IMG/VR virus record: IMGVR_UViG_3300032225_000623 | Location: 1-45,947 of that record | Direction: 5' to 3' (one strand) | DNA from: a virus | Taxonomy: Duplodnaviria; Caudoviricetes | DNA length: 45,947 nucleotides | In this document: positions 15,801 to 25,000 of the stretch, one piece after another | How positions within the stretch are numbered: position 1 is the first letter of the stretch | Layout of the letters: each line of letters starts with the position of its first letter | Notes under the pieces: model-generated | Seen by the model: the letters and a program-made list of their open reading frames with translations, nothing else | Told to the model about the DNA's origin: nothing | Database searches by the model: none | Program-made: the position numbers and the translations under genes

Positions 15801-15939
15801 AGAAATGCGCGATGTCTTTGCGGCATTGGCAATGCAGGGTCTTGTAGCAAGGGGTGACGCTGGTAATGAATATCAGATTGCATCGTGGGCATACAGAGTT
15901 GCAGATGCAATGTTGAAGGAGCGAGACAGTGACTTTTGA
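15790..15939 (+). CDS. 49-aa phage protein of the RDxFAxxAMQG...AYxxADAML type
   Basis: Absent from the ORF track. MTNEEMRDVFAALAMQGLVARGDAGNEYQIASWAYRVADAMLKERDSDF. Confidence 0.8.
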   Translation: MTNEEMRDVFAALAMQGLVARGDAGNEYQIASWAYRVADAMLKERDSDF

Positions 15940-16231
15940 GGAACTTGAACTTGTTATACAGAAGTGGGCAAATGACCGTGAAATCACCGCTCACTCATCC
16001 CCGCGAGCGCAACTTTTGAAGGCCGTAAGTGAACTTGGCGAACTCTGTGATGCCGAAATCAAGAACGACCTTGAGGGCGTTGTCGATGGCGTTGGTGATG
16101 TTCTAGTTTGTTTAATCATCTACTGCCAGATGATGAAGCTATCAACGGCGTTCTGTTTAAAGTGTGCGTACTTTGAAATCAAAGACCGCAAAGGCCGCAT
16201 GGTCGAAGGCGGGGCTTTCGTCAAAGAATAA
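15929..16231 (+). CDS. MazG-like NTP pyrophosphohydrolase
   Basis: QLLKAVSELGEL...DGVGDVLVCL...AYFEIKDRKG, an all-alpha NTP-PPase pattern. Confidence 0.85.
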   Translation: MTFEELELVIQKWANDREITAHSSPRAQLLKAVSELGELCDAEIKNDLEGVVDGVGDVLVCLIIYCQMMKLSTAFCLKCAYFEIKDRKGRMVEGGAFVKE

Positions 16232-16237
16232 GTCAAA

Positions 16238-16326
16238 GCCAGAGTGGTGAAATCGGTAGACACAGCAGACTTAAAATCTGCAAACCGTAACAGGTTGTGC
16301 CGGTTCGATTCCGGCCTCTGGCACCA
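16238..16326 (+). tRNA. tRNA-Leu (anticodon TAA) with encoded CCA
   Basis: Acceptor GCCAGAG/CTCTGGC-ACCA, D arm with GG, anticodon arm GCAGA-CTTAAAA-TCTGC, long variable arm, T arm GCCGG-TTCGATT-CCGGC. Confidence 0.97.
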
Positions 16327-16336
16327 AGGAGTTTAA

Positions 16337-16816
16337 ATGGCTATTAGATTTCCAGAAAATTGCGTCAAAGCAACGGCTGGTCAAATTAGAAACATAAATA
16401 GTCAGGGCTACTCTGACTCTGGAGTTTTTTCTTCCGAGTATGTTCAGTATTTTTTGATGAACCCATCAAATTTTAAATTGTTTTTAAAAAAAACAGAACC
16501 CGTGGGAGTATTTATGACTGCACTTAATGAAGCACAAAAAGAAATCTTTGACGTTACTTCTGCCATTACCGCAGCGGCCAATACAATGGTTTCTACGGCG
16601 AGCAAATCAACTGAATCAATGACTGAATCAAGCCGCAAAATGCGTGATGCAACCGAAAAACTTGGCTCGGCAATTTCAAAATTTAATGGCATTGCAAATG
16701 GTGCAGACTTAGCAAAGATTGCAGAAAATGCAGAACGCCTTGCAGAAAGCCTTGAGCGTTTGGCGATGCTGCAATCGCAGGGAAAACTTGAAAAGATTAT
16801 TTCCGCTATCAAGTGA
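16337..16816 (+). CDS. Hypothetical protein with long helical/coiled-coil C-terminal half
   Basis: AAGGAG SD immediately after the tRNA CCA; AT-richer than its neighbours. Confidence 0.75.
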   Translation: MAIRFPENCVKATAGQIRNINSQGYSDSGVFSSEYVQYFLMNPSNFKLFLKKTEPVGVFMTALNEAQKEIFDVTSAITAAANTMVSTASKSTESMTESSRKMRDATEKLGSAISKFNGIANGADLAKIAENAERLAESLERLAMLQSQGKLEKIISAIK

Positions 16817-16835
16817 ATTCCAACAAGGATAAATA

Positions 16836-17153
16836 ATGAACCTCGCTTTGTTGTTTGAGTTGTCACCGAAACATATCAATTTTCAAAACACAACAAAACA
16901 AGTTGTAGAAGGTTACGCAATGAGCGGTAGCCCTGATGCCAAATATAAGGTGCGGGGTAATACCGTAAGGGAAAAGATTATTAATTTCCTTGGCGATGCT
17001 GACGAAGAAGTTTCCACCATTGAGATTTATGACGCGCTTAAAGGTAAGTACACAACCATCAAAGCCATCCTTAATCAGATGCGTAAGCGTGGTGAAATCG
17101 TGATGGTTAAACAGTGGACTGCCAGCGAATGCGCCACTTGGAGACTGCCATAA
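16836..17153 (+). CDS. Winged-helix protein
   Basis: REKIINFL...VSTIEIYDAL...YTTIKAILNQMRKRGEI...WRL. Confidence 0.65.
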   Translation: MNLALLFELSPKHINFQNTTKQVVEGYAMSGSPDAKYKVRGNTVREKIINFLGDADEEVSTIEIYDALKGKYTTIKAILNQMRKRGEIVMVKQWTASECATWRLP

Positions 17154-17377
17154 ACTGCAATAAATCCTGCAAGCCGGAAAGTTTGGTGAAACTTTTTGGC
17201 GGCAGGGAGGTCTGTACTTGGTGTCCGGACTGGGCGCTTGAGTGCGAAGCACGACGGTTACTGAAATACAAATCAGCAGACAGAGCAGAAGCACTAATGA
17301 AGCGTGAAGAAATACGCGGCAAGGAAGCAACAAATGCGCTGCGTGAACTTATGACTTTGATTGGGGGAAAGAAGTGA
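17114..17377 (+). CDS. Hypothetical protein
   Basis: Tiles the operon; start uncertain. Confidence 0.55.
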   Translation: MDCQRMRHLETAINCNKSCKPESLVKLFGGREVCTWCPDWALECEARRLLKYKSADRAEALMKREEIRGKEATNALRELMTLIGGKK

Positions 17378-17550
17378 ATAGATACGGCTGCTATAACCGC
17401 CCGCCGTTACATGAAACGTTGCAAGTTCAAGAAGGCTGGACGGAAGACGGTAGGCGAATAATGAAAACAATTCCGTTTGTTATGTCGATGGAATGTGAAT
17501 ACCGGAAAGACCACAACGACCCTAAATGCGGAGGCTGCAAATGCGAGTGA
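17374..17550 (+). CDS. 58-aa Cys-containing protein
   Basis: Absent from the ORF track. GTGA overlap; MNRYGCYNRPP...MSMECEY...DPKCGGCKCE. Confidence 0.7.
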   Translation: MNRYGCYNRPPLHETLQVQEGWTEDGRRIMKTIPFVMSMECEYRKDHNDPKCGGCKCE

Positions 17551-17786
17551 CCCTTGAAATGGATGACGATACGTTTGATTTAATTATGGTTCGGGCTTTG
17601 GGAGACCATATCAAATACTGCTATACAGATATTTACTTCAACGAAAAAGATGTTGAATGGAATGAAAAACTCAAAGAAGCACTATGGGTTGTGTTTGATT
17701 ACTTTGCTGGTGAAGAAAAAGTAAAAGAATTGAAGGCATTGATTGAGGCTGAATATGAGAATCAAACTTTACCAAGCGCCGAGTGA
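17541..17786 (+). CDS. Hypothetical protein
   Basis: GGAGG SD before ATG 17541. Confidence 0.7.
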   Translation: MRVTLEMDDDTFDLIMVRALGDHIKYCYTDIYFNEKDVEWNEKLKEALWVVFDYFAGEEKVKELKALIEAEYENQTLPSAE

Positions 17787-17946
17787 TGTAATGATTCGCG
17801 TTCTCGATGACGAATACAAAAAAGTCAACGGAAAATATCTTGAGGTTAAATTCCATCATTTGGATGGTGCTTACAGTTATTGCACAGACAAAGATGGCAA
17901 CGCAATCAACCTTGCTGCTTGGACCCCCGTGGAGATTATCAAATGA
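17755..17946 (+). CDS. Hypothetical protein
   Basis: GAGG SD; tiles the operon. Confidence 0.65.
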   Translation: MRIKLYQAPSDVMIRVLDDEYKKVNGKYLEVKFHHLDGAYSYCTDKDGNAINLAAWTPVEIIK

Positions 17947-18113
17947 AACTTAATGTCATTGATTGTTTTGAAACGCCCAATGGTTTGATTGTCAGTCTTG
18001 ATGTTGATGAAGAAGGTCGCCTGTATTTGTTGGAGCGCGGCTTTAACGCTATGCTTGTAAATGCAATCGAAAAGTTAGAAGGTCAAAAAGTTGAGCAAGA
18101 AGTCAGCCTGTAA
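17943..18113 (+). CDS. Hypothetical protein
   Basis: ATGA overlap; GGAG SD. Confidence 0.65.
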   Translation: MKLNVIDCFETPNGLIVSLDVDEEGRLYLLERGFNAMLVNAIEKLEGQKVEQEVSL

Positions 18114-18273
18114 AAGCAAGCTACGCCATTTAAACGAAGAAGCCGCACAACAATACGCAGACCGTTCGTCGGCATTCCACTCGGTGATGTTTGAAATTTA
18201 CCGCTGCCCGATTTGTGACGGGTGGCATACAAAGAAAAGTAAAGATGATAGGCTTGACGAGATGGTGCGCTAA
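18091..18273 (+). CDS. Small Zn-finger protein
   Basis: C.SK...A...YRCPICDGWH motif. Confidence 0.7.
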   Translation: MSKKSACKSKLRHLNEEAAQQYADRSSAFHSVMFEIYRCPICDGWHTKKSKDDRLDEMVR

Positions 18274-18352
18274 GTGCCGCCTTCAGCAAAAGTCTGGCAA
18301 GTACGTCCCCATGTCAGACAAGAAACGTCAACAATGGATTTGAGGTGTTTAA

Positions 18353-18604
18353 ATGAATACGACTCCTGATGGACTGGTTGCTCCTGAACTTTCCCACGCC
18401 TTTATGGGCTTTTCTATTTACGAAGATGTGCTGTTGCCTGTATACGACTTGGGCCGTTGCCTTGAAAAGTTTGCAGCCGAAGGTCTAGATGAAACAGAAG
18501 CCGTCAATCTTTTAAGCACGATGGATTGGAGCAAGCGGTTTGGCGTGGTTAAACCCGTGTTCTGGCTCGGCAATCCTGAAGTTGAAGCCGCAACAGTTCA
18601 TTGA
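18353..18604 (+). CDS. Hypothetical protein
   Basis: GAGGT SD; 83 aa. Confidence 0.7.
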   Translation: MNTTPDGLVAPELSHAFMGFSIYEDVLLPVYDLGRCLEKFAAEGLDETEAVNLLSTMDWSKRFGVVKPVFWLGNPEVEAATVH

Positions 18605-18891
18605 ACTACCGCAACAAAAAACTCACCGACTCAGCCGAAGGCCAGCCCTGCATGAACTGCGGGGCTGATGACGGCACAATAGTTTCAGCCCACTCTAATC
18701 AAAGCCGACACGGCAAGGGCATGAGCATCAAGGCACACGACTGCTTCATAGCTTTCCTATGTAGTCGTTGCCATCACGAGATTGACCAAGGCTCCAAGCT
18801 GTCAAAAGAAGAGCGCATTGACCTATGGCAAAAGGCGCATGAAGCGACACTGCTTCATCTTTTCAAAACCAAACGATTGGTGGTGAAATAA
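18601..18891 (+). CDS. DUF1364/YbcO-like HNH-related Zn-binding nuclease
   Basis: PCMNCG...TIVSAHSN...GKGMSIKAHD...LCSRCHHEID. Confidence 0.8.
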   Translation: MNYRNKKLTDSAEGQPCMNCGADDGTIVSAHSNQSRHGKGMSIKAHDCFIAFLCSRCHHEIDQGSKLSKEERIDLWQKAHEATLLHLFKTKRLVVK

Positions 18892-19059
18892 ATGGAGTTC
18901 TACATCTGGTTCAATCTGTTGATGTTCCATGCCGGTCAGGTGTATTGGATTAACACATTTGACTCACAGGATGATTGTCAATTCATCCAACACATCTACG
19001 AAGAGAAGTACCCGAAGAACGAGTTCAGTTGCCCGTTCGTTCGTGTAAACAGAACTTAA
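18892..19059 (+). CDS. 55-aa hypothetical protein
   Basis: Absent from the ORF track. MEFYIWFNLLMFHAG...FDSQDDC...FSCPF; its stop overlaps the convergent giant gene stop at TTAA. Confidence 0.55.
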   Translation: MEFYIWFNLLMFHAGQVYWINTFDSQDDCQFIQHIYEEKYPKNEFSCPFVRVNRT

Positions 19060-22000
19060 TCTTCTTCCAGATAACGATGTTCTGACAGTCGGCCCTTCAG
19101 CTTCTTGCCAATGCGGATGCCGTGTTCCGTTTCCGCCTCTGCTTCTTGACGCGAACGTAACGAACGCTGAAGTGTTTCGTAGGTGATTTCAACTTCCGGA
19201 TTCTTTTGGTTGAAGTCCTCGATGTCAGCTTGGATTTCATCCATAGCGTCATAGTCATCGTTATTGAGTGCAAGTGCGAACCGACCCAGAATGCGTTTGC
19301 GCTCTGTGTTTATACGAGTTTCCGCGCCCTTGACCTCTGCGTTCTCCTTGTACTGGCGCGCCAACCGGCTGGATGTAAAACCGATTCCAGTCAGGAAGGT
19401 TTCGTAATTGGTGACTTCATCAACCACGGGGTCGCCACTCATTGACAGCGCGCCTTCTGTGCCAAGGCGATAGGCTTGCATCCCGTCTTTCAGAATACTG
19501 GGCAGCATAACTTCAATGCCACGGTAAACCTGACCCTCATTGATGCGTTTTTGGCCTTCAAAAACATTCATGATTGTGCCAGCCGCAGGGCCAAGAATGC
19601 CTATCAGCCATTTTTGTCCAGCAGCAACTTCATCCTTAGCCTCACCATTGTCACGGAACCATAGGCCATTTAAACCAACACGGCTAGATAAATCTGCGCC
19701 GGTCAGATAGGACACAGGGCCGTTAGCAATAGCAATCGCGGCATCAGCACCAAACGTCTCGGCCAGCCAGTCTTTAAACCGCGCTTCAGCGTCAAAGTAT
19801 TCGTCGTCATCATCGCCACCAAAGGTCATGTTAAACATAGCCATCGTCAGTGCAACCAATGGATACGGCAATCCAAGAAGACCGGCAAAGGTTCCGGTCA
19901 TACCAAGGATGCCCAGCATCGTGTTACGCGCTTCTTTAGCTCTGGCAACCGCCTCAGCTTCCATAGGTGTACCAGCAAACTTGTTCTTCAAGTAGCTGCC
20001 GTACAACTTGGTTTCGTTCACAAGAAGGTAAGTCATTGCTTGTGAATACTTCTTAAACATCAATAGAACTTTACCCGCCGAACCAAGTGATTTAAATGCA
20101 GGCGCTTCGTTGGCAGAGCTGTAGTTGAAGTGTGCCTTCTCAACGATTTCACTAGCAGTTGCAACTGACTTGGCATGACGTTGTTCAAACGGCATATGCG
20201 CGTTGTCTTGCATAGCCATGCGGTAAGCCGCCAGAGCGGTTGTAGTGCGGTTAAACACTTCAGCTCCGTGGAATGCCATACCTAAGAACTTGTTGGTTGT
20301 TTGAAGCGCGTTACCGGCTTGGGTCACGCTATCAGACGCGCCAGCCATATCCATAGCCTGTGAGCGCGTAATGCTTCCGTTTAAATACAAGTCTTCAATG
20401 GCTTTAAGTTCATATTCGTAACGCTTCTTATCTGCGGGCGAAGCGGCTTCCTTCTGAAGTTGCTCCAAAGTACGGCGCACATCAAATGCCGAAGTCAGCG
20501 TGTTGTAAGCGGTTTCTTGTTTCTTGAACTGTGCCGATGTCGTGAACTGCTTCATCGCCCGCGACAGTTCCTTACCGGCGCGGTTGTAACCAAACCGTCC
20601 ACCCATGACAGGGAAGGCAACCAAGAAGTTTTGTGTAAGGTTGACCATTGCCGCAGCGGGGGTAGCAAGGTAGTACATAAATCCAAACGAACCGGCCAGT
20701 TGTGTAACCCAGTTTGAGTCCGACGGATTCATCATCGCCGACTCACGTTGACCAAGTTCTTCAACAAGGGCTTGAGCCTTTGTTCTGGTTTCGTTATCTA
20801 CTTCACGGGATGCCACATGAGCAGCTTCAGTGAGTGCGTCAGCAATCTTGCCCGAATACTTTAAACGGCCCATGTAGTAGGCACCGTGGAAGGTATTGGT
20901 TTGGAATGCGCGAAGCGCGTCAGTGTTGTAACCGGCAATGTTCTTACGATGGATAAAGTGCTTACGCATCGAAACTTCCGGCAAGTGACGCAGATACATT
21001 TGCCAGATGTCATCTTTGAGTTCACCGACAGACTTACCAGTCTCGATGTTTTCCATGATGTCTTTGACAAAGCCAAACGTATTCTTGTTGTTGCCGTAGA
21101 TGTCAGACAGTTTGTAGCCCTTGTTTAAATCAGTGGCACCCTTGCTGTTCATCTCAACGTAGAAACGGTCACGTTCCTTTTCGTTCTCAAACATATGGTA
21201 CTCAGGGTTGCCGTTTAATTTAAACGATACCCAGTAGTCACCGAACCGGGATAGCGGGAAGTACGGCCCGGCAACACGCCCGGTTTCGTAGCGGTCTTTT
21301 AAACGCTGCACCATTTCACGGGCTTTGTTCTTATCCTGAACCGCATCTTCGATACGCTGTTCAAGTAACTTCATGTACTCGGACATCCGCCAGCCATAGT
21401 AATTTCTGACCTTCTTGTACAGAGCCTTGTACTCAGCCGGAAGCTGGTCGTAACGACGTTGGATGTCACGCTCAATATCGTTCTTGGGTTCGATAACCTT
21501 CTTGGTTTGAATGTCCTTGCGACGTTCGATGTCTGGGTCAAAGCCATTGATGGTGGCATCGTGCATGACGTTAGACATTGCGTTTGCAATCTTGCCATTC
21601 TTGGCAGTCAGGGTTTGCCATTCTTCTGCGATACGCGCAGCGCCATAGACGAGATGGTCGCGGTAACCAAACATCTCATCCATGATTTGTTTAAATTTCT
21701 TAATCTGCGGGAACCACTTACCCGTGACCTCTGCTAGCTGACCCAGCGTCAAACACTTCCACAATGTCTTGCTGGTTGAAGTGCCGGTCAGATTGATTCG
21801 GTCAGAAATATCACGGGTAATGGTCGGTACTTTCTTGACGATACTGTCAAGCGCATACGACGCACTATCGTAGTTCTTAAACGGAACTGCAAACAGCCCT
21901 TCGTTGGGACCAGCAGATGCTTCTTTGTTTAAATCATCTAGGGCGTCTTGCTTGGCGGCGTCGTGAAGTTCGGTTCCAATGTCTCGTTGTTCGACTCGGA

Positions 22001-25000
22001 TACCCGCTTTTTGAATTTCTGCAAGAATTTCTCCGGAGGCTTCTGCCCGAAGAGCACGAGCCCGTTCCCGAATATTTCGTTCTTTTCCTCTGGGGTCATC
22101 TCCCGGACTGGCATAGTTGTACTCCGATTTTGATGGATATGCTGCGTAAATTGTGGTTGTTTTGACCCCAAACTTGTTACCAAGTTTAGCATCAATGAGG
22201 TCGGCCAACTCTTTGGTATCTACATCAGAGTAATTAAGTATGACCATGTTTCCGTTAATGGTTGACTGTCCACTAACCGGCTGTTCTCCGTTTACTTCAA
22301 TTTCACGCAGCGTTTCGTAAATTTGTTTAATTCGTTCTTGTTCTGCATTGCCAACGTCAACGGTAACAGCGCCAACCAAACCACTGCCACTAAACTTGGT
22401 TTGACTCATTACAGCCATTTCGTTTTGTAAAAACACAAAACCAAGATACTTAGTAAAATTCAAAGTATCACCCTTCTTCATCTTCACCGAGAAAGAAGGA
22501 TTGGTATCTTTTCCATAAGAACCAACTTGGCTAAATGCCAAACCATCTACGCCCAACATCTCCATGACCTTGGGCAGAATTTTTTGCATCACACGTTGGC
22601 TAATGCCACGCTTTGAATCTTCGTCAAGTGAATTCCAAGCCGTGGTCAAACCAATGTCGTCAGGGTCTGGAGCAACCTCAAAGTTTATGTTTGCCTTTTT
22701 CGACTTCTTTACTTTTTCAAAGACCCTGTGTTCTTTAAGTCGGTCAAGCCTGTTTGCTGCCCTGAGTTCAAGTTTCTTTTGAGTAATTGGGCCAAACGGT
22801 TCTGTTTTGCCGCCAAGCCCTTGCTCTTCTTCTGATAGTTCTGCGCGATTTCGGTTGCGCTGTTGTACAAGTTCGTCAAGTTGTTTTCCATATCCTGCCT
22901 CACGCAAAATAGATTCATAGACTTCGTCAAAGAACAAGCCATTGAAGTCAGGAACGCTGTTGATAAGTTCGCCCGTTAATTTGCCATCATTAAGGAATTG
23001 AGCGGCGCTAACGCCTTCACCTTCAGCACCTTCATACAATGCCTTTGCCCACGACCAAACGGTTTCCTGAACTTCTGCGGGCGTCCACTTCTCGCCAGTC
23101 AGTTTGGTTAAACGGTCTGCTGCTTCGCGAACAATAAAACTTTGAGTTAGGTACCCGGCTTTCTTACCGGGTTCGGTACCCTTTTTGTTTAAACTTCCAC
23201 TAAACAGCTTCTGGTCAACAAATGCAAAGTTAGCCATCCAAGCATCGTTTGTGACTTCTTCGGTTACACCGATAAGGTTCTGGAAGAACGAGTTGACCTT
23301 CGGGCCGGAGATAACAAGTTTGCTCAAGTCATTGGAAGTAAGCGCCCGCACAGAGTTGTTTTTCCACGCATCAAGAACAGACTCTTCGCCCTTGTCGCCT
23401 TGAACCGAACGACCGGCAATCTCCATGATTTTGCTGCGTTCCAACGGACGGCCTGCTGCGGTCCAGTTCTTCCACAGATTGAGTGCGTTTAAAAGGTTTG
23501 TCTGGACGGAACACTGGGGCGACAGCGCGGCAAGTAGCGCAGCGAAACGCGGGGCATCATTACCAAACACGGTAACAAGTGCCTTTGCAGAGTTTTCATA
23601 CCAGCCACGCTTGGCGCGGCCAGCGTAAGCAACGGCAGCGTACTCATCAGCTTCTGGGAAGGTTCCAAGCAAATCAATCATCTTGACTGCTGAGAATCGG
23701 GTTAGCTTGCTACGTTCTGTTGGCGTCAGGTTCTTGGCAAAACGAATCATTTGCGCGCCAAGCTCAAGGTCGCCCTTCGCGCGCTTGACTATGTCATCAC
23801 GTTCTTTGTTACTTAACGGCAGGGCATATTGAATCTCACCGGAGTCACGGCTAAACGCACCCGTGTTACCAACGGCAGACTTCAACTGGTTCGGGTCATA
23901 AACTGCAAGATTCTTTTTGCCACCTTCGGAAACAAAGAAAGAATCGTAGCCGCGTTCCTTTAAGAAGGATTGAACAGCGGGCGATTCAATACGGTCCCAC
24001 GCGCCATTTTCAATTTCATCCATAGTTTTAAGGATGAATTTGCGCGCAGGATTTTGTTTGTCCAAAGACTCTACCCAAGCAGTCAAGTCATCAATGTGTC
24101 CTTCATTATGGTAATCAAATGGTTTTTCGGCACGGACAAATATAGGAATGATGTTTTGACCAGATGGCAGTTCTTTTTTAATTTCATCAAATACATAGTC
24201 GCCCATATGGGACATAAGAGCGCCAGTTAAAAGTTCATTCGTCTGCCATTCATTTCTGTGTTTAAGCCAATCATTCGCGGCGGCGCGACCTACCTGACCG
24301 TCAGCAACGGCATTGGAAATTCCGCGTCGAATTGCCTGTTCTACAATTTTTTCGTCAACAAACTTTGTGGCATTCCTTATCATAAACCTCTCTGAACCAG
24401 AAGCAAAACCTTCAGCAAACTCTGGGTCTTGTGTAAGAAATATTGCTTTTGCTTGTTTGGGTTCAAATTTACTGATTTCGCGCGCAGTACCGTGATACCA
24501 AACTTGCGGAACGCCGAAACGATTAACAGTCTTGCTGTTACCAAACCAGCGCCAAAAGTTTTCTATACCCTCAACAGTTGGGTATATTGGCTTGGACAAA
24601 CTATTTGCTAGGTCGCGCGCTTCATCAACGGTTTCAAACTTCGGGCCAATTCTTTCATCATCTGGACCATAAACACTGTAAGTATCAAAGTCTTCGTTTT
24701 GAAATACTTTTAATTGTGATGAATCAAAAACTCCGGTAGGGCGTTCTTTGCCGTCTACGTTAACTGTGCGCGGCAGGGCAAGTTGGAGACCCTTCGTCTC
24801 ACGCTCATACAACTCTGGATAAATGGATTGATATCTGCGCAACGCCCGGTCATCTTGTTCACGTTGTGCGCGACGAATAGCGGAAATGAACGTCATCTCC
24901 CGCATTAACTTAATTGCCTTTTCGACATCACCTTTGTAAAACTCTTGAGCGGCCCGGACTAAACGGCGATTGGCAATTGTTTGATTACGCCGAAGTGCGC

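Noticed and set aside
16238-16326. tRNA as an attP/prophage junction
   Set aside because: No integrase, no duplicated tRNA 3' end and no host genes were seen in the window.
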